A program made the position numbers and the translations under genes. DNA of 64,000 bases from Psammoneis japonica (taxonomy: Eukaryota). Positions 22,124-35,443 of this stretch are shown piece by piece. The first letter of the stretch is position 1; each line of letters opens with the position of its first letter. Where the stretch lies: assembly GCA_008632985.1 (NCBI GenBank), contig QPGO01000116.1:186001-250000 (forward strand), given 5' to 3'. A model generated the notes under the pieces. The model was not told the origin of the DNA. It was given only the letters and a program-made list of their open reading frames with translations, and ran no database searches.

Positions 22124-23971
22124 ATGGTGTTTCTAGGACGATGTCGAAAAAGAGTCGACGATGAGCCAGAGACAGACAGCAGTTGTCCTGACAAGGTGTC
22201 TGCTGATGATGATGGCTCGGAGACATCGAGTCAGGCCACAGAAGTAGCCAACATTGATGATGAGCTCGATATGATGCTCGAAGTCATACTGAAGCTCCGA
22301 GAAGACCCCGAGTTTGCAAAACAAATGTATGCCAATTGTCCTCGATTACAACACTTACTGAATAAACACCCTGATCTTAGACCTATATACGAAGATCCGA
22401 GGCTTATATGTATAAACTTTGAACAAGTGTACCGAAATGCGGGCGGACGATTGCCAGAAGACTTGGAAAATGAGACTTGGTTCCAAAGAACGAAAAGGAA
22501 AGTACTGAGAACGGTCAAGGCCATTACCGAGACACGGGCATTCAAAGTGTTTAAATGTTTACTGCTCATCAAGAAGGTGATGGGATTCTTGAATCCAATG
22601 AAGTTTGTGGGATGCGCCAAGGGGTGTTGTGCTAGCATGTGTTGTTTTGTGGAGGACGCTGAGGATATGCTGGAAGAAGCGGACGGCGATGCAGATGGGG
22701 ACGATCCGCACAAGGATACACGAGAGGCTGCAAACAGAGCAGCGGACTATATGGAAGACCCCGACGTGCAAGAGGAAATGAATCAAATAATGGAAAACCC
22801 CGAGACGATGGAGGATGCGATTGAACAAAACGATCAACTGCGAGAATTGCGAGACTCCAACCCTGTCTGCGCAGAGCTCATGAGTGACCCCGATTCAATG
22901 AAGATTATAACCGATCCTGATAACTTGAGAGCACTCGGGGATGCACCAGAATTGTTGGAAGCTGATTTTGCAGACGGTGGTTTTGAACCTCCAGAAACAC
23001 AAGTGGATTATGGAGGGGAAACCGACGTGGCCGGAGTCGACGAGGTGCCTACTGAGCCACAAGAGAGTGGCGCTATGGAAGTCGAAGCGGAGCTAGAAGC
23101 AGACGAAGAGGAAGGAATGGAAGGTCCAACCGCAGATGACTTTGAGGACGTGGAGTACGAGGAAAGTAAAGGAGGTTCAAAAGCAAGAGGGAAAGCAGCA
23201 CAGCAGAAGAAGGGGCAACAGCAAAAAGGAGGTCAAAAGGGCAAGTTTGGCGGTGTCACAGAGTCAGCATTTGGCTTTCTTGGCGGCGCGATTATGGGAG
23301 AACTTGTGGGCGACCTTCCCTTTGGCAGTGGTGGGGATGAGCTCGAGGGTATTGAGGTAGACGAAATGGAAACTGAAGAGGTGCCAGAAGTCGATGCACC
23401 AGATGATGCGCCCGAGATCGATGAATCAGCTATGGAAGACGCAGCATTGGCTGCCATGGTTGGGGCTTCTGTTGTTGCGGCTGCAACTGACGCAGACGCA
23501 ATTGACGATTTTGCAGATACTGCGCAGGACCAGGTTGACAACATGGAAGACGTTGCCGATGAAGCCGAGGATGATCGTAACCGCGATGGACGTGCAGCAG
23601 CTGCTGGGGCAGGTGTTGCAGTTGGTGCCGATGGAAAGCGATCTGGCAACGATAACGAGGAGGATGAAGAGGAAGAGGACGACGGTCCGAAGGGCTTCCG
23701 AGGCTTCCTGAGTAGTGCTGCAACTGGAATCAAGGATGCTGCTAAGGAGTCTCTTATGGCCGCCGTCATCGGTGAAGATGCTACGGAATTCATTATCGAT
23801 GATATGGCAGCGGAAGAAGAGGAGGAGGAGGAGGAAGAAGACGATAAGAAAGATTCCAAAAAGAACAACCGAGACAAGGAATCCCAAAGCGACGTACCCA
23901 CAGATGAAATCGAAGAACCAGCCAACGCGAGCGGTGGTGAGGGCAATTTTGCAGACAGCCTCGATAGCTGA
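22124..23971 (+). CDS. Highly acidic protein with STI1-like (DP/NP) helical repeats; function unknown
   Basis: Intact 615-aa ORF. Motifs EDPEFAKQMYANCPRLQHLLNKHPDLRPIYEDP and EQNDQLRELRDSNPVCAELMSDPDSMK resemble the STI1 repeats of ubiquilin-type proteins. Confidence 0.7.
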   Translation: MVFLGRCRKRVDDEPETDSSCPDKVSADDDGSETSSQATEVANIDDELDMMLEVILKLREDPEFAKQMYANCPRLQHLLNKHPDLRPIYEDPRLICINFEQVYRNAGGRLPEDLENETWFQRTKRKVLRTVKAITETRAFKVFKCLLLIKKVMGFLNPMKFVGCAKGCCASMCCFVEDAEDMLEEADGDADGDDPHKDTREAANRAADYMEDPDVQEEMNQIMENPETMEDAIEQNDQLRELRDSNPVCAELMSDPDSMKIITDPDNLRALGDAPELLEADFADGGFEPPETQVDYGGETDVAGVDEVPTEPQESGAMEVEAELEADEEEGMEGPTADDFEDVEYEESKGGSKARGKAAQQKKGQQQKGGQKGKFGGVTESAFGFLGGAIMGELVGDLPFGSGGDELEGIEVDEMETEEVPEVDAPDDAPEIDESAMEDAALAAMVGASVVAAATDADAIDDFADTAQDQVDNMEDVADEAEDDRNRDGRAAAAGAGVAVGADGKRSGNDNEEDEEEEDDGPKGFRGFLSSAATGIKDAAKESLMAAVIGEDATEFIIDDMAAEEEEEEEEEDDKKDSKKNNRDKESQSDVPTDEIEEPANASGGEGNFADSLDS

Positions 23972-24051
23972 CGTGATCCTATTGTACACAAAGCTTAAAG
24001 TTTAAATAGGAGTTTTATGAATGCAAGTTTTGTCTCCCCTTGTTGATTCTC

Positions 24052-27000
24052 TTATGGAGCTCCTTTCTCGAACCGGTTCATTTCGCGAATCTGAACTAGC
24101 CTCTCCTCCCAGTTTGACGCCAAGCCAAGGCGATCTTCGGTTGTAGAACGACAAGCGAGGTCAGCCAAAACAGCGACCCGCCTAACGTAACTGGGGGCGA
24201 CAGTCTTTGGTACAATTGATGTACCGACAAGACTTGATAGCGCAAGCTTTACGTGGTTCGAAAGCCCTGCTTTGGTTCGGACTGAAACTCGAGCCATGTC
24301 GAGGTGCTTCAACCACTCTACAAAGATTGTGACAAAGCCGAATTCTCCGCTCACTATTTCCGACTGCAGTTCACTTTGATTACCGGTCTGGGACCAATTC
24401 TCTACATCGTGTTGCAAAAGATACCCTCGATCGACATAAATGATGTGGACATTGTCGTTTCCGACATGCCGCTTTCGATTGTTCACTCCACTAGGCATAA
24501 GTGTGACAAGATGAAACACCACCATCGTTTGCGCAACGCCTGTGGATTCAGCTTCGTCAATCCATACAGCAGCATAGGTCCCGTCTGATTTGTAGCTTGA
24601 GGTGTCGAGACCGCCGGAGAAGTAGTCGAGACGACGGATCGGCACAATGTTCGAGATCGCGGTCGTGAACTCGAGAAATGAAGCAGAACCATGCATCGCT
24701 CGCAGCAAATGTTCTCCGAACGGAGGGTCTGGGTCGGATTCGTTATCGAATTCGCAGAGTCCATCAGATGCATGCCCAGCAAAAAGCAACGCAATTTTGT
24801 GAGTTTGAAGAGTTGTGGTTCGATCAAGGATGGCAAGTGCGCGGCTAAGTCTTGGTCCATTCGAAAGAGGCAACACGGGAGAAAATCCGTATTCTTTCCT
24901 ACCCCGATCATCATTCTGAAGCGGTCCCGGGGTTGACACATGCGTGATATCGTCCGAAAATCCGAGAAGTTGAAGCTGATCTTTGACTTCACTGACATTT
25001 GTTGTGTCGCCAAGAATTTCATTTAGCCATTCGACAAGGCTACCTTGAACCGGTTCTGGTACCATCTGTCGAGAATGCGTGATATGGGGAGCTCCTCGAC
25101 TAATTTCTTCTGTGGCTGAGTGCTTCAGCTGATTCAGCGTACTGTTTCTCGGATGAGAGTGTTGCGACAGGTCGTTTTCGGCACTGAATAGTGAAAGGGA
25201 TGCGTCGCACCTCTCCATTACGAGAAGAGCCTTAGCAATTACATCCGAGTCACCCATAGTTTTGATTTTCAGGTGTCGAGAGCTGATGGAGCTTTTCTTT
25301 TTCGATACATTTTCCTCACGAAACAACGAGGTTGATAACAGCTCAGGATTTGCAACTGATACCTGACCTGAAAGACGGACCAGTCGCCGTTTCCGGACAA
25401 AGGGGGACCGAACGACTAATTCGATCCAACCACGGAACCTTGAAGCCCCGAGTCGACAAGTCAGAATACTATCGCCACATATCCACGCCATGCTTGCATC
25501 GCTATTGGCTACAAAGTTCTTGACAGCTTTGGCTTCCTTTGAGTACCTATCAATACATGACGTACGATTGATCCGATCCACGCTGTTGCCTTCCACAGCA
25601 TTTTGGTACCGACGTAGTAGCAAGTCAATAATCAGCGCCAAACCTCTCTGAACTTCCTCGTCATTCCTTTCTTCCTTTTTGTCCGACAAAGTAATGGATT
25701 TCTCACGCGCAGTCGAAAACGCTTCGGCAACTTTGTCTACCGAGATGCGATTTACGACCAAAGCAGCGCATTGTAGTGCCATAAGACGACAAATGCGACT
25801 GATCCACGGATATGATGACGAACAAATCCCAAAACAGATGTGGTAAGCCTGTGTCCCCAGATCTGATTCAAAAACCGACGTTACCTTCTCTGTAGATGAC
25901 AAAGCAGCAATTAAAACAGACAGCAGTGCCGTAGGCGCCGTCGCATTCTCTCCCCACTGTGTTTCAATCGACCCAGACAGAGAGCTTTGTAGCCTTGTCA
26001 CTAAAACTTCGCACATATCTTTTACCCAACTCTGGATTTCGTTCGCATTTGTCGCTGTACATGAAATTCCTAAAACTATAGCCCTGAGACCATGACAGGC
26101 ACTCGTGACTTCAACTTGATCTTCTGATTCGCAAAGAAGAAAAAGAACATCGCGCATTGTTGTGCCGACAGTGGAGAAGTTATCATCAACCAGTTGAAAA
26201 TTGTGAACGTATTCTGCTACTGCTGCAATAGCTCTGCATCGTGCGATTCTCTCTTGTCTAGTATACGGCATCTCTGGCATCATCACAGGTGAAGTAACTG
26301 CTCCACCGATAGTTTTTGGCAATTCAATTGTCACACCTGCAAAAATCAGATTAGCCAAAATATCGAAGCTCATTTTCCGAAAATACGAAACAACCTCTTG
26401 TGTAGTCATCCTCATACCGAGTACTCGACTGACATCACTGCTTCCCCTTGCGTATTTTGAATCAGCGAAGGATTCGAGAAGGAATGAGATAACGAGAACT
26501 AGGCGATCAAAGGAGAACGTGATCTTTTCTGTCTTTTGACTGCGAGTCGACGAGACCGCGGAAATGCTGTCTCCTACTTCCTGGGACGAGAGGACGACTC
26601 CACAATTACAAAGGGAGCAACGACGGGCTCTTTGTCAGCAATTTCGGTCGGTCGAGACTTGACGTAGTAGAAGCCTTCGCCAGGTCGACGGAGCTTCCAG
26701 AGGAGCTCGATTATATGTCTTTCTACCATTTCATTCTGTACAATGCTGAGATGCCCATCATAAGACATACTAAGCTTACTCAAAGGCACAAGCGCCGCCA
26801 AAACCAACACCGCCATAAGAGTAGGACCAATAAAACCCTTGTTTGCTTGGTTGGAGGTCAGAATTTCTCCATATGACTGGATCAGAGAGAACAAAGCGTC
26901 AACGACAGACGGAAGGCTTTGGTGCTTATCGGGTATATCATGAAACAAAGCATTGAGGCATAGATCCAACTGACGGATTGCCTCCAAAGAGATATAGAAT

Positions 27001-30000
27001 ATCATGCTAAGACGACCCGATGAACTTCCTTGCTCCTTTTCGTTGATATGTAAATCGAATTTCCCGACACTTTCACGGCAGGCGTCGATGGGTTTGCTGG
27101 ATTTTAAAGCGACCGACAGCAACATCTGGACAATGATTTCTCGATGCCGAGCTTCGCATACGTGACTGCGAAATAATCTTCCCAAGAGCTGTACTGCATA
27201 CGCCAAGAGTTCCAACTCTTCTACCCCTGTCGCAATCCTTTTGTCTGTTCCGCGTTCCTTTTCGTCAGCTGATGCCTGTTCATCTTGTCTATAAGAAGCA
27301 ATACGCGAAGATCGCTTTCTACGTGCCGGTAGGATAACAGCTGAAAATGGCTTGATATCAGTCGCCACGTCAGCCACGTCAATGGCTAGAAGAGAGACAA
27401 TAGTGGGAAGGAGAGTGATGCGAAGAAGCTCAGAATGCTGGTCACGCGACGGTATTGAGAGCGTCAACGGTGAAAGAGAGGCAGCGCCTCCATCTTCGCA
27501 AGGCGATTCGCCATGGAAGCCGGTCTCCTGAAAGTCACGCATTTGGTCTCCCTTGCTATGGGTAATGGACTTCAACGCTTCCAAACGTATTCTCGGTGAG
27601 TGCACGTACGCTGCTCTGCCCCCGTCGCCATTGTCATATACAGCAAACGCATTAGCAAGGATATCATATGAAATTTTGCACCATTCAGAACTTTTCCAGG
27701 GTGAAAAACCGACAGCTGCCCAAGAATGGATTACAGCTACTGCAAGTCTTGTTGCAGGCTTTTCATTCATATATGGAACAGCCTTTCTCATCAACAACAT
27801 ATGCAACTGCCTTTCACCTGCATCATCCACCAACAGGTGATAATTTCCTGAATCTAATGTAGATCCTCTCTCAAGAAATTCTGCTACTTGAGCGAGGACT
27901 GAATAAATCTCCAAGCATAATTCATCTTCGATGGATTCATCCATGCTGGCCACAGCAATTTCGTGATTCCGGTGCCCTGTACTTGCGTTATCGAAACGCA
28001 CTAGCCACGGAATCACGCAAGTGTCGACAGCGAGGACAAATGCATCCCATTCGCAGGGCGTCAGCAAGCCGTCGCCATGGACGAGTTCGGAGTATGCCAA
28101 CATCTTGATGGCAGTAGTGATCTCTAGGCCCAAACGAAGTAGGGACTGGTCATGGCTCAACAAATCAGAGTTGTGTTTGCCTTCACGATAACCCTCTTGA
28201 TTTACCAAGTCGAGAATGTCTGAACCAAGTTCACAGAAAAGGTCGATGACCTTTAGCCAAAATATGCGTAGTGACGGTAAACCGGCAATGTCGGAATCGC
28301 CACCCCAAAGCGAAGCACCCAAGAAGCGAATCGCAACAGCCGCATCCAACGTGCCAGGTTGGTAAAGATCAATAGAGCTGATGCCAGCGGATATTCTTGA
28401 AGCGTCGGTCATACGGCTATCTCCCCGAAATGACTTGGACAAATCCACGTTTGCTAACATCAAGAGAGCAGTTACAGTTGTGATTTCTGAAGACGGGTGA
28501 CTTAACATGACTCTGAGAAGATCGATTGTATCAGCGAAACATGAGTCTCGCTGCGTAACGAAGGTTTCCTTTTCTAACTCCCACTCTTCGTCTTCCCACG
28601 GCTGAGGATTACTTCCAACAGGATACATGATTGAAGTGGCTGTTGCGGATGTGGTTGCAGCAGCTTGTATTCTGCATAGAATAGCAACCGTCCGAGAATG
28701 AGTTTTCTGAGGAATAAACCCAGCAGATCCAAGGGTGACAAGTGCAGACACAGCTTCAGCAGCACTCGAAGCAGCCGCCAGGCGCTCTTCTCGCGCTTCT
28801 CGGTCTGTAGCTGATGGATCATACCGTAAATCGGTCGAGTGTAGCAGAGATCCCTTGTCCGCTAATCGCAGAAGGCAGAGAACAACATTTGCGCCAACGT
28901 TGCTATTTGGAGGTGGGCGCCAGCCATTCGAAACGAGGTCGGTTGCAGCTCTTGTCACTTGAAGGGAAAACCACCAGTCTAAGGGGCTACTTTGACTCAC
29001 ATGAGTTTTCTTCGATTGGCAAAGTGAATCCTGAATCATACCCTTCGAGGCACTCTCATGGTCAGATCCCGAGATGGCTTTTCTCATGCTTGCCCCCTCG
29101 TTGACGTCTGTGCTTTCGCCACATGGATCAACGGTGTTTGAATTCAAGCTTTGCTTTGCGGAAGAAGCCTCACTCGTTCGGGATGCAGCCGTCAAAGAAG
29201 AAGAAGAAGACTGATCACTCAACGCAATGTTAGCTTTTCGTGCCAACCATGTGTTTGTTGCAAACTCTAACCAAAATAACAGCATAAACGCAACAGGTTC
29301 GTGCGCCCCAATGATGGACCAATCTCCGCCTTTGCCCAGATAGGCATCAAACGGCTCTTCTGTTGTAGTGCAGCATAAGGCTAACACTAGCTCCCTCTGG
29401 GCCTCACAAATTTGCAATCGTCTTTGAGCAGCATAGTTTTCGACTTGAAAAGAATCCTTCGGCGCACCAGATACGGCACTAGATCTTTCTGGGTCTGGGA
29501 GTCTAGCGATCGTTTCGATGGAAGACGCCCCGAAACGAAGCATTGCGGCAGGAAGAACCTCCGGAATCTGTGGATACCATTTATCATATCTAACACCAGA
29601 CATGTTGCCAAACGATGAGGCAGTCATGGGCGAGTACGACTTGGGGGGCGTACCATGTGAGACGATATCTGGCGGATGTTTGCGATCTTCCAATACGTGA
29701 GTCGAGTCCTCCGTTGCGTTTGATGCGCCATTATTCTGAATATCATGACTACCGTCGAGCCATGCGCGCCGTTGATGTAGTTGCAGTCTCCACGCTGGTC
29801 CAACACACACACGTGCTAGTGCCGCTGAAGCCCACATGGCTTCCTCCCAAATCTGCCAAATTCCTTCGTCATAATTAGCTGCTTCCACTTCGTCTGCTTC
29901 TTCTCGCTCAGAAATTTCCTTGTATAGAGTATGAAATCGAAGTACTGATTCTTGAATACAAACAAACGTTTCCGAAGGAGCGTATGAATCTAGACTGCCC

Positions 30001-30173
30001 CTCAGGATGGCTTGATGAAGCAGCTGGAAGAGGTATGCAGCCTCAGAGAGATCTTGACAATAGTGCAATCCATCACAAATACCATTGACCGTGAGCAACC
30101 CACCGTTTTGTTGATTCGGCGCCAACAAGACTCCACCAAACCCGACATCATCTAAACCTTCGGGTTCCGACAT
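24052..30173 (-). CDS. Large tuberin (TSC2)-like protein with C-terminal Rap/Ran-GAP domain
   Basis: THKIALLF, FSGGLDTS..DG, VVFHLVTLMP and RKRHVGNDNVHIIY (asparagine-thumb motif). The two long ORFs are joined by an apparent single frameshift near 26590. TSC2 versus RalGAP orthology is not resolved. Confidence 0.78.
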
Positions 30174-30680
30174 AAGATTTGATTGCTTTCCACTTTGATG
30201 GATATATCTTGACTTTGACACGGAAGAACAAAAGTCCGACACCAATCACCAATCACTCACGAATCATCAACACTTCTAAAAATCAGATGTTCACAATTCA
30301 CGAATACTCATTCTGTTAAATCAGTCTACTGAAATGGCTCATCTTCTTTCGTTCAATTCCGTCCAACTGAGATTCACAGTTCACAGAATTCGATTCTGGC
30401 CGGGATATAATATCAACAGCGAATAGCGATCGATCTCCAGCGCCATGTGCCTTGGTGTCCTTCCAGCATCCACACGATTTCGCGCCTTTTCTCGTTCATG
30501 CGTGTTTCGGTGTCGGACTGACAGGCAGGCAGGCGCGCGGAAACCAAAATGATTCGGAATTTTGGATTTTCGCGCGCATCTTGATAAATGGAGAGTGATG
30601 TGTTTTTATTTGTTCTTTGCTTCGCTTGGGTTCACTTATTCCGTGTACGAGATACAAATAATCAACACATACTGTTGACT

Positions 30681-31127
30681 ATGAAGTCTACCATTCAAGC
30701 TGCAGCTGCATTGACCGCTGGCACATTGGCTTTGGTAAAAGCTGACCGTGAGAATGAGGGGATCAACCAGAAACGCGGCTCGATTTCGCCAGGTCACGAT
30801 CTTTCCACCCAGTCAGAACTTCACGGCAGTCGTCGGCTGGTCAGTTCATGCTCTAGCTGCCACATTAGCTACGAAGGACCCGGGCCTCAAGGAGCAGTCG
30901 CAGGTTCTACCGGCCCCAACATTCAATGCGTCTTTGGAACGCCGGCAGGCACGTCGGATCAAGGCTTTGCCAGCTGTGCACGTGCCTTGCAGGACAGTGG
31001 CATCGTTTGGGATGAGCAATCGTTGGATAAATGGTTTGAGAATCCTCAAGAATACGTCAATGGAACCTCGGAGACGGCCGCTCCCATTGACAACCCGGAC
31101 CTGCGTGCCGACATCATTGCCATCTAA
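30681..31127 (+). CDS. Secreted class I cytochrome c-like protein (C-terminus probably extends past a frameshift at about 31122)
   Basis: Signal peptide MKSTIQAAAALTAGTLALVKA, an RRL motif, heme motif CSSCH, TGPNI..VFG..AG, GIVWDEQSLDKWFENP and RADIIA. Confidence 0.8.
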   Translation: MKSTIQAAAALTAGTLALVKADRENEGINQKRGSISPGHDLSTQSELHGSRRLVSSCSSCHISYEGPGPQGAVAGSTGPNIQCVFGTPAGTSDQGFASCARALQDSGIVWDEQSLDKWFENPQEYVNGTSETAAPIDNPDLRADIIAI

Positions 31128-31674
31128 AAGAAAGCTGCGCGGATGACAAAACCAGCGGTGGAAATTCCAACAGTTCTTGGTGGACTGCTGCCACAATGTC
31201 ATTGCTTTCTGGCTTTCTCATGTTTGCTAGTGGTGGACGCAAGCAGGTCTGTCGCATTTGGGAATGTCAGATTAAACATGAATTCTCTGCCACGCAGCAG
31301 AGTTGCGAGTGCGAGCAGTCGAGGGTCAAGTGACACTGGCATGCAAGCAAAAGTCGTTAACATATTAAAATGGAGCTTTCTCTGTTTTCGTTGCGGTGCA
31401 ATCTAGGGCGTAGAGCTAGTAGCTAGTCTCCGGCGTACTTAGTACATTGAACATAGCAGAACAGCAGATTTTGCGATCCTCTCTATAATCCATGCGGATT
31501 TTTCAGTCGAAGCATTCAACCCCTTCTGCATCACGCGGGGGCGGGACGACGGGGGTTCGCTCATGACGCAACGGCCACATAACGGCTATTTCTGTCGCTC
31601 GTTCGCCTTCAACTTCAACCTGCCGATTCGATCGCCGCCATGACGAGGAAATACTTCTGCGTGTTGTTGTGAGA

Positions 31675-33188
31675 ATGTCGCCCGCTGCCGCTTCGACTAC
31701 TACTGGGGAATGTTCGAGCAGTCAAAGTCCCGTGTACACCAACGCGTATTTACAGAAACGTGAACGAAGCATAAAGGAGGTGGTGGGTTTCTTGTCGGAA
31801 GAATTCAATTGCTCCCACAACAACTACCGTGGTGCTCTGTTTGTTGGCTCTGAAGGAGTTTTGTTTGAGGGATTTTTGTTTTTCTTTCAACAAAAAGTGG
31901 TGGCGCTGAAATGGGTACATGTAGTTCGTATCGACAAGACGGAACATTCCATCACGATTGTCGCCAAGAAGAAAGATGAGGAAACCTACTATGAGTTCAA
32001 ATCGATACAGAATGCAGAGCGCCTGTGGTCGACACTCATGTCGTTGTATCACGAAACGTTGACGGGTACGCCGCGGGCGAGATCAAACTCGTTTCAAGCT
32101 AGAATACCGCTACGTCGAAACTTGTCGGACCCACTTCCTGAAATGCACGAAGACGCCATGGACATGGACGATGATGTGTCAGAGTCAGAGCAAGACTATC
32201 CTGCGGCTAGTGGAGTACCAACCATCAGGAGTAGCAGCAATGTTTCGTCCGCCTTTCGATCTATCAAGTCACTACCGACGTTTAGATCCGATTCTGATGT
32301 CCCCGAAGACAGCGATAGCGCAAACACGGAGCCGCAAAGTCGTGATTCGATGACTTCAAAAGAAGAGTGGGACGACGTTGTGGCAGAAAGCAATACCTCC
32401 TTTTCTGTGTGCGTATTGAAGGTAAGTTCATACGATCCGAACATCCATTGGCCATTCATTTGTATAGTAGGCATAACTGCCTTGAACTCTTTGTATTGTA
32501 GAATGTCGAGTTGGATTGCGATTTGGACACCTTTGTCGAAAAGTTTCTAGCCAACGACGCTCAGGACTCTATTCCATCGTACATGCAGAAAATGGGTGAC
32601 AAGGATGTGGTGGTATCACCGTGGAGATCATGTATGGATGATGTTTCAAACAACAGAACCATTGAATACAGCCATCCCGTAAACGCGCCGCTGGCACCAC
32701 CAATGGCTCGAGCCAAAAAGGAACAACAATACCGGCGATATGGCGATTATGGTTTGGTGGTGACGACTGAAACACACGTTCAAGACGTCCCCATGACGGA
32801 TTGTTTCTTTGTAATTGATCAAATACTTGTCGAGTCGACCGACAATGAAGAAAGCCTGAAGCTGACGACGGTGTTTGATATTCGCTTTGTCAAGAACACC
32901 ATGTTTCGTTCCATTATCGCAAACACCACGCGTAGCGAGTTTCAGGAATGGTTTGAGGGATTGGGCGATGTCATGTGCACGGCACTTGGAGGAGCACCTA
33001 CTGGTGCGGCTCTGGCGGAAAAGAGCACGGAAGGGCTGGCACCACCGTCACCAATCTCGACAAATTTGCTCGTTGGTTTGGCGCTTGCACTACTTGTTCT
33101 CATACTGCTACTACAGGTATACATTATACTTGAAATCAAGATCCTCAAAGCCTCACAATTGAGTCTGATAAGTCAAGTCTGTTCATGA
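31675..33188 (+). CDS. GRAM + VASt domain sterol-transfer protein (Lam/Aster family) with C-terminal TM helix (exons 31675-32421, 32502-33188)
   Basis: GRAM-like FNCSHNNYRGALFV, VASt motif DVPMTDCFFV, a hydrophobic tail, and an in-frame GT-AG intron. Confidence 0.85.
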
Positions 33189-33229
33189 GAAGGCATGTCA
33201 TAATCATTCGTAATTTACAACAATAGAGT

Positions 33230-34515
33230 TCAGTGCTGCATTGGTACGTTGTCGTCCATTCGCAATCTCTTGGATGAAGAGGATACACCATTCTCCTCCA
33301 TCTCGCATGTTTCTCGCTTTTCATTGTTTGATTCTAGTCCTTGGTTGTTTTGCTGTTGTGCCAAAAACTCGGCATTCCACGTGACTCGGGGTAGATAATA
33401 GGTATCGCGTCCGTGCCAGTACTTGCGTCGCACTCCATCCCAAACGCTGTCATCCACTTGAATCTCGCACGGTACAAATTCGGCATCCAATCCCAACTTG
33501 GCCAGCTGCAGCTTGACACACTGACACGCGACACCGTGGAAGAACAAATTATCTGGCGCCAAGCCATTGAAAAAGGAGTAAATGCCATGGGGGCGGCTCA
33601 AGATTTGAGGCAAGTACGCATGAAAGTCCTCCATATCCAAAAAATCCTCGCCATATGTATCAAAAAAGATCCCATCCAACACAATACCCTCTTGAATCAA
33701 TTGTGGAATCACATCTTGCCACTTTCCAAAGTAGATACGGACACCGGGTTTCTTGTCCCAATCATTGGCAATCATTTGCTTGTAAACATCCTGATGCGCT
33801 TCAATAATAACATGGAGAGCTGGCTTTAGTTGTTGCAGCGCCGAATCAATAATTCCCATTCCAAAGCCAACATTGAGTACCCGTCGTTGCGGTGTTTCCA
33901 TTAGAATTTGTGCGTGTGCCTCCATGAGAGGACGCTCCCATTCCATCATGACGGCATCCTTGTCTTGATCGAGCAACGCCGTTTTGGACGAATTGTAACA
34001 AACACTTTGATTCAAATAATCTGGTTTTGTAGACGGCTCGTGTTGGACGGGACCATTATGACGAGGATTGGTGGACCACGTGTCAGTCACAACGGCTGGT
34101 GATAATGTTGGATTTTCCCTTGTCGCTCCAAATCTCGCTTTAATCGCATGGACGCTCCCAAGAGCAACTCGGCACGCGTTCCAGCATCCACCAACAAATT
34201 CACAACGTCCCAGTGTTGTGCATTAGTAGCGTAGTTTCCGGCGCACTGCCCCATGCGATCAATGGCATTCCACGGAGCACCATTGTCCAATAAAAAAGCG
34301 CACAACTCGACATGTCCCATACTCGCAGCCACCATGAGCGGACTCTTGCCGGTCGCGTCGTCTTGTAGACTGACGAGAATGGGACGTTGATCCATCATGG
34401 TCTTGACGGCTTGAATATCGCCTCGAGAACACGCTTCCAACACAACAAGGACATCCTTATCAACAACAGGTGATGACTCGGTATTCACCTCGGCATCCAT
34501 CGTTGTCGTTGCCAT
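33230..34515 (-). CDS. RMT2: Ankyrin-repeat protein arginine N-methyltransferase 2 (RMT2/GAMT-like)
   Basis: Ankyrin TGKSPLMVAA..GAPWNAID, plus AVMMEWERPLM, VLNVGFGMGIID, DGIFFDTY and YSFFNGL. There is a one-base frameshift at a G-run near 34118. Confidence 0.9.
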
Positions 34516-34699
34516 GATTGTTGTTTGTTGATCGCAGAAGAAGAAGATGCTGGATGCTCTGTTTATCGCGGTATCGGTTGCAAAAAACAAAAAATGAGCA
34601 GATTTCTTGTGGTCCTCGCCGCACCACGAGGGATGGACAGACGCTTTGTCAATGCATTCACATCATTGCGTCATTTTCTTCATTCATTCCGTTGTCATT

Positions 34700-35440
34700 G
34701 AACGAGCTTCAAGAGCGAGAAAACTGGCGTCACAGTCTTTTATTATATTTTCCTTGTTGCAACACGAAGGCGGTTGTCTGTTGTTGTTGTTGCTGTTGTT
34801 GCTGCATTGCAACGTTGTTGCATTTCACCTGGTGTGCTTTTGAGACTTTCGCTGACTCGATGAGCCACAAGAATTCATCACGGTGGTGGTGATTCAGTGA
34901 AGAACAGTGGAGTGGAACATGTGAAAAAGCCAAAAACAGAGATGCTGCAGTTGGAGCCCCAAAGAGGAACATGCTGTTTTGTTCATTTGTTTCTGTGATT
35001 GGACAAAGGCGCAGCTCAGTCAAGACTTGCAATGACGTGCTGGCTTAAAATTCACAGCAAGTGCCCGCAAATCATGAGACAAAAATCACATCACATTCAT
35101 TGGCAAGGGCTGAATGTGGTGCATCTGCAGTGACTTGAACATCAGAAGCTGCCTGTGCCAAGGATGCGACACAATTGATTTGAGACAAGCAGCGCTGCCG
35201 CTCCCCTCTCCCATGAGCGCATCTGCGTCCAAAGACATGGGTGCCCTTGTCTTGGTGGGAACCATTTTTGAACACTTTGGAGTCAAGTTTGAGCACAAAC
35301 CACCCTTTCCAACGAGCAAGCCCTTTCACATGGTGCAGTGTCTTGTGCTGTCTGAGATGCCTCTGGAGGTGCAGGATGCCATGGTGGGGTGTCTCTTGGA
35401 GTGGTGTGGAGCAATCAACAAGAAATCACATCAGTTGAAG
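34700..35440 (+). pseudogene. Hypermutated duplicate of the upstream region and first ~118 codons of the PH-domain gene at 39658
   Basis: Aligns by eye to 39331-40013, carries stops and indels, and its TpA sites are converted to TpG/CpA. Confidence 0.92.
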
Positions 35441-35443
35441 CCA

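Noticed and set aside
23233..23991. Long antisense ORFs over the acidic gene, and similar ones over other genes
   Set aside because: These are shadows of biased codon usage on the coding strand, with no domain signal.
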